From Escherichia coli (GTDB lineage Bacteria > Pseudomonadota > Gammaproteobacteria > Enterobacterales > Enterobacteriaceae), in NCBI RefSeq assembly GCF_050920415.1, contig NZ_CP169309.1: 64,000 nucleotides of DNA, one strand, 5' to 3'. The notes under the pieces are model-generated. The model saw only the letters and a list, made by a program, of their open reading frames with translations, was not told the origin of the DNA and did no database searches. Below are positions 52,199 through 63,744 of this stretch, piece by piece (position 1 is the first letter of the stretch; each line of letters opens with the position of its first letter). The translations under genes and the position numbers were made by a program.

Positions 52199-52221
52199 GT
52201 CCTGGAATGAGGAAGAACCCC

Positions 52222-53766
52222 ATGGATGTCATTAAAAAGAAACATTGGTGGCAAAGCGACGCGCTGAAATGGTCAGTGTTAGGTCTGCTCGGCCTGCTGG
52301 TGGGTTACCTTGTTGTTTTAATGTACGCACAAGGGGAATACCTGTTCGCCATTACCACGCTGATATTGAGTTCAGCGGGGCTCTATATTTTCGCCAATCG
52401 TAAAGCCTACGCCTGGCGCTATGTCTATCCGGGAATGGCTGGGATGGGGCTATTCGTCCTTTTCCCTCTGGTCTGCACCATCGCCATTGCCTTCACCAAC
52501 TACAGCAGCACTAACCAGCTGACTTTTGAACGTGCGCAGGAAGTGTTGTTAGATCGCTCCTGGCAAGCAGGCAAAACCTATAACTTTGGTCTTTACCCGG
52601 CGGGCGATGAGTGGCAACTGGCGCTCAGCGACGGCGAAACTGGCAAAAATTACCTCTCCGACGCGTTTAAATTTGGCGGCGAGCAAAAACTGCAACTAAA
52701 AGAAACAGCCGCCCAGCCTGAAGGCGAGCGCGCGAATCTGCGTGTGATTACCCAGAATCGTCAGGCACTGAGTGACATTACTGCCATTCTGCCGGATGGC
52801 AACAAAGTGATGATGAGCTCCCTGCGCCAGTTTTCTGGCACGCAGCCGCTCTACACACTCGACGGTGACGGCACGCTGACGAATAACCAGAGCGGTGTGA
52901 AATATCGGCCGAATAACCAAATTGGTTTTTACCAGTCCATTACCGCCGACGGCAACTGGGGCGATGAAAAGTTAAGCCCCGGTTACACCGTGACCACCGG
53001 CTGGAAAAACTTTACCCGCGTCTTCACCGACGAAGGCATTCAGAAACCGTTCCTCGCCATTTTCGTCTGGACCGTGGTGTTCTCGCTAATCACCGTCTTT
53101 TTAACAGTGGCAGTCGGCATGGTTCTGGCGTGTCTGGTGCAGTGGGAAGCGTTGCGCGGCAAAGCGGTCTATCGTGTCCTGCTGATTCTGCCCTACGCGG
53201 TGCCATCGTTTATTTCAATCTTGATTTTCAAAGGGTTGTTTAACCAGAGCTTCGGTGAAATCAACATGATGTTGAGCACGCTATTTGGCGTGAAGCCTGC
53301 CTGGTTTAGCGATCCGACCACTGCCCGCACGATGCTGATTATCGTCAACACCTGGCTGGGTTATCCGTACATGATGATCCTCTGCATGGGCTTGTTGAAA
53401 GCGATTCCGGACGATCTGTATGAAGCCTCAGCAATGGATGGCGCAGGTCCATTCCAGAACTTCTTTAAAATTACGCTGCCGCTGCTGATTAAGCCGCTCA
53501 CACCGCTAATGATCGCCAGCTTCGCCTTTAACTTTAACAACTTCGTGCTGATTCAACTGTTAACTAACGGCGGCCCGGATCGTCTTGGCACTACCACGCC
53601 AGCCGGTTATACCGACCTGCTCGTTAACTACACCTACCGCATCGCCTTTGAAGGCGGCGGTGGTCAGGACTTCGGTCTGGCGGCGGCAATTGCCACGCTG
53701 ATCTTCCTGCTGGTGGGTGCGCTGGCGATCGTCAACCTGAAAGCCACGCGAATGAAGTTTGATTAA
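52222..53766 (+). CDS. malF: Maltose ABC transporter permease MalF
   Basis: 514-aa product starting [17 protein letters not shown]; large periplasmic loop; EAA-type motif. Confidence 0.95.
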   Translation: MDVIKKKHWWQSDALKWSVLGLLGLLVGYLVVLMYAQGEYLFAITTLILSSAGLYIFANRKAYAWRYVYPGMAGMGLFVLFPLVCTIAIAFTNYSSTNQLTFERAQEVLLDRSWQAGKTYNFGLYPAGDEWQLALSDGETGKNYLSDAFKFGGEQKLQLKETAAQPEGERANLRVITQNRQALSDITAILPDGNKVMMSSLRQFSGTQPLYTLDGDGTLTNNQSGVKYRPNNQIGFYQSITADGNWGDEKLSPGYTVTTGWKNFTRVFTDEGIQKPFLAIFVWTVVFSLITVFLTVAVGMVLACLVQWEALRGKAVYRVLLILPYAVPSFISILIFKGLFNQSFGEINMMLSTLFGVKPAWFSDPTTARTMLIIVNTWLGYPYMMILCMGLLKAIPDDLYEASAMDGAGPFQNFFKITLPLLIKPLTPLMIASFAFNFNNFVLIQLLTNGGPDRLGTTTPAGYTDLLVNYTYRIAFEGGGGQDFGLAAAIATLIFLLVGALAIVNLKATRMKFD

Positions 53767-53780
53767 GGGAGATAACAAAA

Positions 53781-54671
53781 ATGGCAATGGTCCAACCGAA
53801 ATCGCAAAAAGCACGTTTGTTTATTACTCATCTGCTACTGCTACTTTTTATCGCGGCGATTATGTTCCCGCTGCTGATGGTCGTCGCTATCTCTCTGCGT
53901 CAGGGGAACTTCGCGACTGGTAGCCTGATCCCGGAACAAATCTCCTGGGATCACTGGAAACTGGCGTTAGGTTTTAGCGTTGAACAGGCTGATGGGCGCA
54001 TTACGCCACCGCCGTTCCCGGTACTGCTGTGGCTGTGGAACTCAGTAAAGGTCGCCGGAATTTCCGCGATTGGCATTGTTGCGCTCTCCACCACCTGCGC
54101 CTACGCTTTCGCCCGTATGCGCTTTCCTGGCAAAGCGACACTGCTGAAAGGCATGCTGATTTTCCAGATGTTCCCGGCGGTGCTTTCACTGGTAGCGTTG
54201 TATGCGTTATTTGATCGTTTGGGTGAGTACATTCCATTCATCGGCCTGAATACTCACGGCGGCGTAATCTTCGCGTACCTGGGGGGGATTGCGCTGCATG
54301 TCTGGACCATCAAAGGCTATTTCGAAACCATCGACAGTTCGCTGGAAGAAGCGGCGGCGCTGGATGGTGCAACACCGTGGCAGGCCTTCCGCCTTGTCCT
54401 GTTGCCGCTGTCAGTGCCGATTCTGGCGGTGGTGTTCATCCTGTCGTTTATCGCTGCCATTACTGAAGTTCCGGTCGCGTCGTTGTTACTGCGTGACGTA
54501 AACAGCTACACCCTGGCCGTGGGAATGCAGCAATACCTCAACCCGCAAAACTACCTGTGGGGTGACTTTGCCGCCGCTGCCGTGATGTCTGCATTACCGA
54601 TCACCATCGTCTTCTTGCTGGCTCAACGCTGGCTGGTCAACGGACTGACGGCAGGTGGTGTGAAAGGTTAA
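53781..54671 (+). CDS. malG: Maltose ABC transporter permease MalG
   Basis: 296-aa polytopic ORF with EAA loop motif ([15 protein letters not shown]). Confidence 0.96.
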
Positions 54672-54741
54672 AGATGTTGTTCTGCCAATGTTATGCCGCT
54701 ACACCCTCAACTTACGTTATCCCAACTTGTGACTGTTATTC

Positions 54742-54766
54742 GGCGCTCTATGGAGCGCCTTTTTTT
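54742..54766 (+). terminator. Rho-independent terminator after malG
   Basis: ggcgctc/gagcgcc stem followed by T7; overlaps psiE stop codon on the other strand. Confidence 0.75.
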
Positions 54767-55175
54767 ACTCCCGCTTCAGCCGTTTCGAATTACACAGCCA
54801 TAAGGTGATCACCAGTAGCAGGATCGCTGCCGAGTAGATCAACACATCCAGTGGTGATTTATGATCGACGATGATCAAGCGCACAATGGCGGTGATCCCG
54901 ATATAGACAAAATAACGTAAGGGAAAGTGAAAACCGGACTGAAAGTACTTCACAATCAGCGCGATAAATTCGAAATAGAGAAAGTAAACCACCAGCCCTT
55001 CCACCAGCTCATATTTGCTGGCTTGTTCTGGCGCGAACAGCACATCAGCCAGATGCACCGTTTCTTTGCCGAGGAAGACAACCAAAATCAGGCCGAGACA
55101 CAACAGGCCAAGATTGAGAACGGTCTGCAAAATGGTGGAGATAAACTCCACGCGCGGACGAGAGAGTGACGTCAT
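54765..55175 (-). CDS. psiE: Phosphate-starvation-inducible membrane protein
   Basis: 136-aa product starting [17 protein letters not shown]; ATG at 55173-55175 with GGAGG RBS; the 209-aa track ORF is an upstream extension. Confidence 0.9.
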   Translation of the reverse strand: MTSLSRPRVEFISTILQTVLNLGLLCLGLILVVFLGKETVHLADVLFAPEQASKYELVEGLVVYFLYFEFIALIVKYFQSGFHFPLRYFVYIGITAIVRLIIVDHKSPLDVLIYSAAILLLVITLWLCNSKRLKRE

Positions 55176-55290
55176 AGCAGTACCTCCTTCACAATGGCGA
55201 GGTTCCTGTATAACCCAAAAATGTGACGGAGATCTATATTTTTTGTGTATGTTTTGTTCAGATCGATTAAATGGGCATCTCCCAACCAAC

Positions 55291-55362
55291 GCCGGATGCG
55301 GCGTGAACGCCTTATCCGTCCTACCCGTAGGCCGGATAAGCCGCGCCTGGCGGCGCATCCGG
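55291..55362. repeat. REP/BIME cluster upstream of psiE
   Basis: gccggatgcggcgtgaacgccttatccgtcctac and gtaggccggataagccgcgcctggcggcgcatccggc. Confidence 0.85.
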
Positions 55363-55464
55363 CAAGACAAACCGCACCATAGCCTGTAATGCAAAAATCA
55401 CCCATTCAGGTGATTCCCAGCCACCAGCAATGCGCGAAAAATCGACAATGTTCCTCTGGAACAA

Positions 55465-55743
55465 ATGAAACGTAACCTGATAAAGGTGGTAAAAATGAAG
55501 CCTTATTTTGCTGCTTTGATGTTATCAGTCTCTGTCCTTCCTGCTTATGCTGGTCCGCTCGGTACTGCTGATAAAGCCGACCTACCGCAAAGCAATGTCT
55601 CCAGCCCAATGATGGCCCAGTCGCTCAGGCAACCAGACCTGCAACCAATATCGACGGACAGGAAAACAGAATGTTTTCGCCTTTACACACCAGATCGCAA
55701 ACCGGGGGTGAACTGCGTTCCTGATGGCTCGACAGGCCATTAA
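55465..55743 (+). CDS. yjbT: Small exported protein (yjbT-like)
   Basis: 92-aa ORF with internal signal-peptide-like segment MKPYFAALMLSVSVLPAYA; start uncertain (55465 or 55495); gene name from positional memory only. Confidence 0.5.
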   Translation: MKRNLIKVVKMKPYFAALMLSVSVLPAYAGPLGTADKADLPQSNVSSPMMAQSLRQPDLQPISTDRKTECFRLYTPDRKPGVNCVPDGSTGH

Positions 55744-55789
55744 GAATGAAGGTGCCAGTGAGTGCGAAAACTGGCACCTTTCCTCTGAC

Positions 55790-57886
55790 TTAGCGGAAAT
55801 TGACGCTTCGGTCGCTGGTCATGTCATACAACTGGAACTTACGCCCAAGTTGCTGACCACCGTCACGCGTCAGCGGCGTCCAGCCAATTGCCGCTCGGCT
55901 ACGAGTCGGGCCAGACGAGAAGAGATCCAACGGTACAGAGATATACACGCCTTTGGTGAAGTCCCCTTCGCCGTACTCCTCTTTCGAAACATTCGTGATC
56001 GTGGCATACCCACCCACTACCACGCCGCTGTCAAAGCGTTTGGCGATTTCCAGCGTGCCGCCTTTATCCCCTGCCAGATATTGCCCGACGCTGGCTTTCA
56101 CTAACACATCCTGAGCGAAAGATGGCGTCCAGTAGGCGGTCAAATGACCAGTTTTCACGCTGTAATCGGTGAATTTCATCATATCTTTCGCGCTACGCCA
56201 GTCGCGCTGTTTAACGTAGTTAGCATCCAGACCAAACGCCCAGTTGCTATCCAGCGGGCGATACAACACCTCTGCCCCCGCGCCGCCAAACATGGTTTCG
56301 AGATAACCACCGTAGACCTGACCGTAGAAGCCGTTGCCCAGATGCTGGAAATAGTTGGCTTGCAGGTTATTCACATAGACATCATTCTGCACATACTCAC
56401 GCACATGGGTACGAACGCGCGGTAAGTGCGAGTCCTGCGGTGGATTGGTGTAATTAAACTTGTCGTAATTGTTCGCCAGGTTAGCAAACAGGCTACCGGT
56501 GGTCAGCAGATGGTCCGTCAGCCACAAATCCGCCGTTCCCATCACGCCCAACTGGTACATGTAAAAGTTTTCCGGGCCCCCGACCGACTGGTTCAGCACC
56601 GGATCGATATGGAAATCAAAGCGTGATTTGTCGATATACCAGCCCTGCTCGGTGGACGCAGGAACTACCGGCTCGACGCGTTTTTGCGCCAGCGTCGTTT
56701 CGTGGCCCAACGGCTCTCCGGCAAGATGATTTTTCAGGCTGGCGACATCCGTTTCCGTCGTCACCTGCGGCATGTTAAGGCGATTTTCTGTAACGCGGAT
56801 CGTCTTGATCCCCTCCGGCAGATCGTTCATCACGATCCGATTAGCACGGATGATCCCTTCACGCGAATCACGATATTTCACCTGCTCACCGGTGACGTAC
56901 AGCGTATCGCCTTTCGTCTGGATCTGCGGATCGGCCAGTCCGGCGTTGTATTTCAACAGCGTTAACTGATTCGCCACCACCGAATGCTGCAAAATGGCAT
57001 CCTGTGGTTGCGGTTGATATTGCGGACGGGCGTTATCATTGTAGGACGGGCGTAGATCGTTAAAGTTGGTACGCAGCGTGACGCCAAACATAAAGGTGTT
57101 ACCGCGTTCATAGCTAAGGTTAACGTCGGCCCAATCGGTAACGCGATAAATCGCCCCGACGTTAAACTTACTTTTTTGCTCCAGCTTCCCGGCAAAATCC
57201 TGCTGATAATTATTGCCTTCATACTCCAGTTTCAGACGCAGCGGCTGCCAGGACGTCTGGTATTCCACGCCGCCAAACAGTGAGGCCGGACCGTGGAACA
57301 TCTGGCTGCCGTCGATAGATCCCGCTTGTTTGTAGCTGTTATCGCGATAGCAATATTTGTCACTGGCTGAACAGAGCGGATTTTTCACGTTACCGCTGGT
57401 GCCCAGATATCCCCAGCCCAGGCCGAGCGTAAAATCGAATGGCCCCCAGGCTTTGCTGGCGACAAGATATTCCGCATCGAACAGCCCCGTACCGCCGATA
57501 TCCCGCGCACCAACCGCCACCTGTGGCAGCCAGTAACTCTCTTCCCATAAACGCAGTTTGAGATCGAAGGCTTTATCTTTATACGTTTGATCACCAGAGA
57601 ACGCTTCGACGCTGCTGTACTGCCGAGTGCGCACGTCGGTATAACGCAGCGTTGTTTCCAGCCACGGGAAGAGTTGCACTGAAGCTGAGTAATAACGGTA
57701 CTGATCGTTATCGCGATAGTTCAGACTCAACTCCCCTTCCCGCGCCATGCGCGCGGTAGGTGTTTGTAATAATCCTACACCACCGAAATCCGATTGCGAC
57801 GGACCAATGGGCGCAGGATATGTTTCGCCGTAGCAAGCTGTGCTAATGCCCAGCGCCAGTAAGCTAAGCAGATGTCTTTTTTTCAT
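55790..57886 (-). CDS. yjbH: Outer-membrane lipoprotein YjbH (GfcD-like)
   Basis: 698-aa ORF; lipoprotein signal LALGISTAC; C-terminal aromatic residue typical of beta-barrels; start abuts yjbG stop. Confidence 0.9.
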   Translation of the reverse strand: MKKRHLLSLLALGISTACYGETYPAPIGPSQSDFGGVGLLQTPTARMAREGELSLNYRDNDQYRYYSASVQLFPWLETTLRYTDVRTRQYSSVEAFSGDQTYKDKAFDLKLRLWEESYWLPQVAVGARDIGGTGLFDAEYLVASKAWGPFDFTLGLGWGYLGTSGNVKNPLCSASDKYCYRDNSYKQAGSIDGSQMFHGPASLFGGVEYQTSWQPLRLKLEYEGNNYQQDFAGKLEQKSKFNVGAIYRVTDWADVNLSYERGNTFMFGVTLRTNFNDLRPSYNDNARPQYQPQPQDAILQHSVVANQLTLLKYNAGLADPQIQTKGDTLYVTGEQVKYRDSREGIIRANRIVMNDLPEGIKTIRVTENRLNMPQVTTETDVASLKNHLAGEPLGHETTLAQKRVEPVVPASTEQGWYIDKSRFDFHIDPVLNQSVGGPENFYMYQLGVMGTADLWLTDHLLTTGSLFANLANNYDKFNYTNPPQDSHLPRVRTHVREYVQNDVYVNNLQANYFQHLGNGFYGQVYGGYLETMFGGAGAEVLYRPLDSNWAFGLDANYVKQRDWRSAKDMMKFTDYSVKTGHLTAYWTPSFAQDVLVKASVGQYLAGDKGGTLEIAKRFDSGVVVGGYATITNVSKEEYGEGDFTKGVYISVPLDLFSSGPTRSRAAIGWTPLTRDGGQQLGRKFQLYDMTSDRSVNFR

Positions 57887-58623
57887 TATTGCGGTATCCG
57901 CTGCGTCAGAGTCTGAAGAATGTCAGCGTTAAGGGCATCAGGTGTCTCACTCCAGACGGAGTCCGCGAGGCCAACATAAATAATGCTGCCGGGCATCGGC
58001 TCTACGTGACGCTTGTTCCAGTAAGCCACCGGCGCTTTTTGCGTGCGTCCGTCCGGGTAAACCACCCACGCGTAGCTGCGATCCGCACCGCTGAGCAGGC
58101 TCTGGTCAGAGAGATAGCTCGCCACGTCGCGACCGGGAGTGAATGACTGCTTGCCTGGACGACTGATAAGCCCGAACAACGTGACCGTGGACGGCGGTGG
58201 TCCGACCCACAGCGTGTAGTTGCCCTGCAACGGCGGGTTACCGCGTTCGGCAACGCGCACGATATCAGAATCAAGATTGATTTTTTGTCTGCCCGTCACC
58301 TTCAACGCCTGAATTTGCTGGCGTAAGGCGTTAATGGCGGCAGCATCGTCGGCGCTGGAATCTGCAGCCAGTTCTGCCAGCCGTGTCAGCAACGCCTGCT
58401 GCTGACGCAATGCAGCCGCCGTTGCTAGCTCTTCGCTAATCACCGCTCCGGGCCACCAACTGTTTGCGAGCCGCGGTTGACCCACCAGATCAATTAAATG
58501 CTCTGCGCCTGTCAGCGTTTTGGCCTCATTGCTGCCATTGCTGAACACTTTGACGGTGCCTGCCGCAAAGACCGATGACGCTCCCACGCTCATAATCAAC
58601 GCAGCAATAGTTTGTTTAATCAT
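57886..58623 (-). CDS. yjbG: Periplasmic protein YjbG (GfcC-like)
   Basis: 245-aa product starting [20 protein letters not shown]; overlaps yjbF stop by 4 nt. Confidence 0.88.
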   Translation of the reverse strand: MIKQTIAALIMSVGASSVFAAGTVKVFSNGSNEAKTLTGAEHLIDLVGQPRLANSWWPGAVISEELATAAALRQQQALLTRLAELAADSSADDAAAINALRQQIQALKVTGRQKINLDSDIVRVAERGNPPLQGNYTLWVGPPPSTVTLFGLISRPGKQSFTPGRDVASYLSDQSLLSGADRSYAWVVYPDGRTQKAPVAYWNKRHVEPMPGSIIYVGLADSVWSETPDALNADILQTLTQRIPQ

Positions 58624-59258
58624 TGTTTTGCCGCCTTGATGAGAGTGGTTTTCACCGGGAAATAATCCGCGCCGAGATACTGTTCCGACTGGCGAATTTG
58701 CCCTTCGCTGTCGATCCAATAGCGGTTATGCCAGCGCGCCTGGTCGGTGGAGACTTCTTCGTCCAGCACACGAACCGGAGTTTCATCGCTACCGACTTTG
58801 ACGGTATCGGTGCCATCCCATTTGAAAACCGAGCGTGCGGTGGCGTAGCGCACCTGCTGGTACTCGGTCCAGCCCATCGTGCGCGTCCAGGTTGCGCCAT
58901 CAACAATTTGTGCGGGTTTTATCAGCGGGTCGGCGGCAAGGTTATTCACTTCAATCAGGTTATCGCCGCCAAGCAAAGTCTTCACCAGACGACCATGTTG
59001 TGTGACGAGAGTGGCCTGATCCTGAGTGACCCATTTTTGTTGTCCATCTTCAGCGAAGGCCAGCACCACAAACAACTGCGGCCCGCCATTAAGCTGCATG
59101 TACTGGCTGGCGTAGGGCATATTTTGAATATCATCGTCCGTCAGCTGTACGCCTGGCGTACCGAACAGACTGTCCCACAGTGAATTGCCCAGCTCTTTAG
59201 TCGTGGCTGAACAGGCCTGTAATAGCAGGCAGATAAGAATGAGTGCAGGTCGCTTCAC
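58620..59258 (-). CDS. yjbF: Lipoprotein YjbF (GfcB-like)
   Basis: 212-aa product with lipobox LLQAC; probable GTG start at 59256-59258. Confidence 0.85.
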   Translation of the reverse strand: MKRPALILICLLLQACSATTKELGNSLWDSLFGTPGVQLTDDDIQNMPYASQYMQLNGGPQLFVVLAFAEDGQQKWVTQDQATLVTQHGRLVKTLLGGDNLIEVNNLAADPLIKPAQIVDGATWTRTMGWTEYQQVRYATARSVFKWDGTDTVKVGSDETPVRVLDEEVSTDQARWHNRYWIDSEGQIRQSEQYLGADYFPVKTTLIKAAKQ

Positions 59259-59372
59259 GACTCTTCTCCAGAGGGGCAGAATAACCACACCGGAGTGTGG
59301 TTATGGTTAATCCCCGTCATACTTCAAGCCACAGATGCGATGACTCAAATTATTTTGGGGATACATACTTTA

Positions 59373-59615
59373 TTACTGGGTACTGGTGGTCGTGGTTGTT
59401 GTGGTCCCGGTATTAGAACCATCACCGCCACCGGTTGCCGCGAGCGCGACACCCACCGCCGAGCTTACGGTGCTGACGCTGGTTGCGGAGGAGCTACCCG
59501 CCGAAACCGACGTTGCTGCAGACCCTGCCGCTTCGCCCACCTGTACAGGTGCAGCCCACGCAGAAGTCGCCGCAAGCGCAGATATGGCAAAAATGCCATA
59601 CAGAACTTTTTTCAT
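59373..59615 (-). CDS. yjbE: Small secreted low-complexity protein YjbE
   Basis: 80-aa ORF; signal peptide [21 protein letters not shown] then Ala/Ser/Gly/Thr-rich region ending in a poly-Thr tract. Confidence 0.88.
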
Positions 59616-59969
59616 AACAATTTCCCTTCATTGAATGAATGGAGATTTACCCAAAAACATTTCGGGCGGGATCGAGTATACACAACTAAAGCATGCGAAT
59701 TACGGCGCGGAGAATTAGTGATGGGGTTTTAGGATAATTGGAATGAATATCAAATATAAGCTTCAGCTTATATATAAATAACACTAAAAATCATAAGCTT
59801 AAAATAAAAATAAAAGTAATTAATCTGCGTATTTTCCGAAATCAATCATGATTAAAAATCTATTTTAGGATTAACCTCACGGTATGATTTTCGTTAAATC
59901 ACAGACAAGGGGATTTATCTGATAAAACAATGCCGACTTATAGTCGGCATTGTTATTAAGGTTATTTAA

Positions 59970-61619
59970 TTAACCGCGCCACGCTTTATAGCGGTTAATC
60001 AGACCATTGGTCGAGCTATCGTGGCTGCTGATTTCTTTGTCATCTTTCAGCTCTGGCAGAATACGGTTCGCCAGCTGTTTACCCAGCTCCACGCCCCACT
60101 GGTCGAAGGTGAAGATGTTCAGGATCACGCCCTGAGTAAAGATTTTGTGCTCATACAGCGCAATCAACGCACCCAGGCTGAACGGAGTGATTTCGCGCAG
60201 CAGGATAGAGTTGGTTGGGCGGTTACCTTCGAACACTTTGAACGGTACCACGTAGTCAAGCGTTGCCGGATCTTTACCCTGATCGCGATATTCCTGCTCA
60301 ACCACTTCGCGGGATTTACCAAACGCCAGCGCTTCGGTCTGAGCGAAGAAGTTAGACAGCAGTTTCTGGTGATGATCAGAGAGCGGGTTATGGGTGATAG
60401 CCGGGGCGATGAAATCGCACGGCACCATCTTCGTACCCTGGTGGATCAGCTGGTAGAACGCGTGCTGACCGTTCGTGCCAGGTTCACCCCAGATAATCGG
60501 GCCAGTCTGGTAATCCACAACGTTACCGTTACGGTCTACATACTTACCGTTGGACTCCATATTGCCCTGCTGGAAGTACGCTGCGAAACGGTGCATATAC
60601 TGGTCGTACGGCAGAATCGCTTCAGTTTCCGCGCCAAAGAAATTGTTGTACCAGATGCCGATCAGCGCCAGCAGTACAGGCAGGTTTTTCTCTGCAGGTG
60701 TGGTGGAGAAATGCTTGTCCATCGCGTGTGCGCCGGAAAGCAGTTCAACGAAGTTATCAAAGCCGATGGAGAGAACAATCGACAAGCCAATCGCTGACCA
60801 TAAAGAGTAACGACCGCCGACCCAGTCCCAGAACTCGAACATGTTGGCGGTATCAATACCAAACTCACCAACGGCTTTGGCATTGGTTGAGAGCGCCGCA
60901 AAGTGTTTCGCAACGTGTTTCTCATCACCTGCCGCTTTCAGGAACCAGTCACGCGCGCTATGGGCGTTGGTCATGGTTTCCTGAGTGGTGAAGGTTTTAG
61001 ATGCTACCAGGAACAGCGTGGTTTCCGGGTTTACTTTTTTCAGCACTTCCGCGATGTGAGTTCCATCGACGTTAGAAACAAAGTGCATGTTCAGGTGATT
61101 TTTGTACGGACGCAGTGCTTCGGTCACCATGTACGGCCCGAGGTCAGAACCGCCGATCCCGATGTTCACTACGTCAGTGATTGCTTTGCCGGTATAGCCT
61201 TTCCACTCACCGGAAATAATCGCTTCCGAGAAGGTTTTCATCTTCTCCAGCACGGCGTTAACTTCCGGCATGACATCTTTGCCATCAACCAGAATCGGGG
61301 TATTGCTACGGTTACGCAACGCTACGTGCAGTACGGCGCGGTTTTCAGTGCGGTTGATCTTCTCGCCAGAGAACATCGACTTAATCGCACTCGCCAGATC
61401 GCACTCTTTCGCCAGATCCTGTAATTTCGCCAGCGTCTCTTCAGTGATGCGGTTTTTGGAGTAATCCACCAGCATCTGATCGTCGAAGGTTGCGGAGAAC
61501 TTAGAAAAACGATCGCCGTCTTTAGCAAAAAGATCGGCGATCGTAACGTCTTTCATTTCATCGAAGTGTTTCTGTAGTGCCTGCCAGGCCGCGGTCTGCG
61601 TTGGATTGATGTTTTTCAT
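59970..61619 (-). CDS. pgi: Glucose-6-phosphate isomerase
   Basis: 549-aa product starting [19 protein letters not shown]. Confidence 0.97.
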   Translation of the reverse strand: MKNINPTQTAAWQALQKHFDEMKDVTIADLFAKDGDRFSKFSATFDDQMLVDYSKNRITEETLAKLQDLAKECDLASAIKSMFSGEKINRTENRAVLHVALRNRSNTPILVDGKDVMPEVNAVLEKMKTFSEAIISGEWKGYTGKAITDVVNIGIGGSDLGPYMVTEALRPYKNHLNMHFVSNVDGTHIAEVLKKVNPETTLFLVASKTFTTQETMTNAHSARDWFLKAAGDEKHVAKHFAALSTNAKAVGEFGIDTANMFEFWDWVGGRYSLWSAIGLSIVLSIGFDNFVELLSGAHAMDKHFSTTPAEKNLPVLLALIGIWYNNFFGAETEAILPYDQYMHRFAAYFQQGNMESNGKYVDRNGNVVDYQTGPIIWGEPGTNGQHAFYQLIHQGTKMVPCDFIAPAITHNPLSDHHQKLLSNFFAQTEALAFGKSREVVEQEYRDQGKDPATLDYVVPFKVFEGNRPTNSILLREITPFSLGALIALYEHKIFTQGVILNIFTFDQWGVELGKQLANRILPELKDDKEISSHDSSTNGLINRYKAWRG

Positions 61620-61839
61620 TAGCAATACTCTTCTGATTTTGAGAATTGTGACTTTGGAAGATTGTAGCGCCAGTCACAGAAAAATGTGATGGTTTTAGTG
61701 CCGTTAGCGTAATGTTGAGTGTAAACCCTTAGCGCGATGAAGCATTTATTAGTTGAACTACTGACCGCCAGGAGTGGATGAAAAATCCGCATGACCCCAT
61801 CGTTGACAACCGCCCCGCTCACCCTTTATTTATAAATGT

Positions 61840-62143
61840 ACTACCTGCGCTAGCGCAGGCCAGAAGAGGCGCGTTGCCCAAGTAACGGTGTTGGAGGAGC
61901 CAGTCCTGTGATAACACCTGAGGGGGTGCATCGCCGAGGTGATTGAACGGCTGGCCACGTTCATCATCGGCTACAGGGGCTGAATCCCCTGGGTTGTCAC
62001 CAGAAGCGTTCGCAGTCGGGCGTTTCGCAAGTGGTGGAGCACTTCTGGGTGAAAATAGTAGCGAAGTATCGCTCTGCGCCCACCCGTCTTCCGCTCTTCC
62101 CTTGTGCCAAGGCTGAAAATGGATCCCCTGACACGAGGTAGTT
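61840..62143 (+). promoter_or_regulatory. lysC 5' leader containing the lysine riboswitch
   Basis: About 300-nt untranslated leader recognised as the E. coli lysC leader; putative -35 TTGACA at 61803-61808 upstream. Confidence 0.85.
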
Positions 62144-63493
62144 ATGTCTGAAATTGTTGTCTCCAAATTTGGCGGTACCAGCGTAGCTGATTTTGACGCG
62201 ATGAACCGCAGCGCTGATATTGTCCTTTCTGATGCCAACGTACGTTTAGTTGTCCTCTCAGCTTCTGCTGGTATCACTAATCTGCTGGTCGCTTTAGCTG
62301 AAGGACTGGAACCTGGCGAGCGATTCGAAAAACTCGACGCAATCCGCAATATCCAGTTTGCCATTCTGGAACGTCTGCGTTACCCGAACGTTATTCGTGA
62401 AGAGATTGAACGTCTGCTGGAGAACATTACTGTTCTGGCAGAAGCGGCGGCGCTGGCAACGTCTCCGGCGCTGACAGATGAACTGGTCAGCCACGGCGAG
62501 CTGATGTCGACCCTGCTGTTTGTTGAGATCCTGCGCGAACGCGATATTCAGGCACAGTGGTTTGATGTACGTAAAGTGATGCGTACTAATGACCGATTTG
62601 GTCGTGCAGAGCCAGACGTAGCCGCGCTGGCGGAACTGACCGCGCTGCAGCTGCTCCCGCGCCTCAATGAAGGCTTAGTGATCACCCAAGGATTTATCGG
62701 CAGCGAAAGTAAAGGTCGTACAACGACGCTTGGCCGTGGAGGCAGCGATTATACGGCAGCCTTGCTGGCGGAGGCTTTACACGCTTCTCGTGTTGATATC
62801 TGGACCGATGTCCCAGGCATCTACACCACCGATCCACGCGTGGTCACCGCAGCAAAACGCATTGATGAAATCGCGTTTGCCGAAGCGGCAGAGATGGCAA
62901 CTTTTGGTGCAAAAGTACTGCATCCGGCAACGTTGCTACCCGCAGTACGCAGCGATATTCCGGTGTTTGTCGGCTCCAGTAAAGACCCACGCGCAGGTGG
63001 TACGCTGGTGTGCAATAAAACTGAAAATCCGCCGCTGTTCCGCGCCCTGGCGCTTCGTCGTAATCAGACTCTGCTCACTTTGCACAGCCTGAATATGCTG
63101 CATTCTCGCGGTTTCCTCGCGGAAGTTTTCGGCATTCTCGCGCGGCATAATATTTCGGTGGATCTCATCACCACCTCCGAAGTGAGCGTGGCGTTGACAC
63201 TTGATACCACCGGTTCCACCTCCACTGGCGATACATTGCTGACGCAATCCCTGCTGATGGAGCTGTCTGCACTATGCCGGGTAGAAGTGGAAGAAGGTCT
63301 GGCACTGGTCGCGTTAATTGGTAATGACCTGTCAAAAGCCTGCGGCGTTGGCAAAGAGGTATTTGGCGTACTGGAACCGTTTAACATCCGCATGATTTGC
63401 TACGGCGCATCCAGCCATAACCTGTGCTTCCTGGTGCCCGGCGAAGATGCCGAGCAGGTGGTGCAGAAGCTGCATTTTAATTTGTTTGAGTAA
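62144..63493 (+). CDS. lysC: Lysine-sensitive aspartokinase III
   Basis: 449-aa ORF starting MSEIVVSKFGGTSVADFDAMNRSADIVL; kinase domain plus C-terminal ACT domains. Confidence 0.97.
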   Translation: MSEIVVSKFGGTSVADFDAMNRSADIVLSDANVRLVVLSASAGITNLLVALAEGLEPGERFEKLDAIRNIQFAILERLRYPNVIREEIERLLENITVLAEAAALATSPALTDELVSHGELMSTLLFVEILRERDIQAQWFDVRKVMRTNDRFGRAEPDVAALAELTALQLLPRLNEGLVITQGFIGSESKGRTTTLGRGGSDYTAALLAEALHASRVDIWTDVPGIYTTDPRVVTAAKRIDEIAFAEAAEMATFGAKVLHPATLLPAVRSDIPVFVGSSKDPRAGGTLVCNKTENPPLFRALALRRNQTLLTLHSLNMLHSRGFLAEVFGILARHNISVDLITTSEVSVALTLDTTGSTSTGDTLLTQSLLMELSALCRVEVEEGLALVALIGNDLSKACGVGKEVFGVLEPFNIRMICYGASSHNLCFLVPGEDAEQVVQKLHFNLFE

Positions 63494-63502
63494 ACACAGT
63501 AT

Positions 63503-63540
63503 GGCCCGAAAGACATTATTTCGGGCCGTATGTTTTTCTT
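63503..63540 (+). terminator. Rho-independent terminator after lysC
   Basis: ggcccgaaa/tttcgggcc stem followed by T-rich run. Confidence 0.75.
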
Positions 63541-63744
63541 GTCATTATGCCCATCAATAAACGAGTCTATTTCCTGTTAACCAGCATCTTTATCTGAGAA
63601 TAATTACCTTTAATTTTTTATCTGCATCTCTAGCTAATTATCGAGAGAGATAAATATTTAAGAGAAGGCAAAATGAATATTATCAGTTCTGCTCGCAAAG
63701 GAATTCCCGTACACTGAACTCTCCGGCTCACTGAGGGCACCATC

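Noticed and set aside
55176-55290. Possible Pho box upstream of psiE
   Set aside because: psiE is phosphate-starvation inducible, but I could not find a convincing tandem CTGTCAT-type Pho box by eye; left unannotated.
61819-62364. 181-aa minus-strand ORF spanning the lysC leader and start
   Set aside because: Overlaps the lysine riboswitch and the lysC 5' end; explained by the structured leader and the real gene on the other strand.
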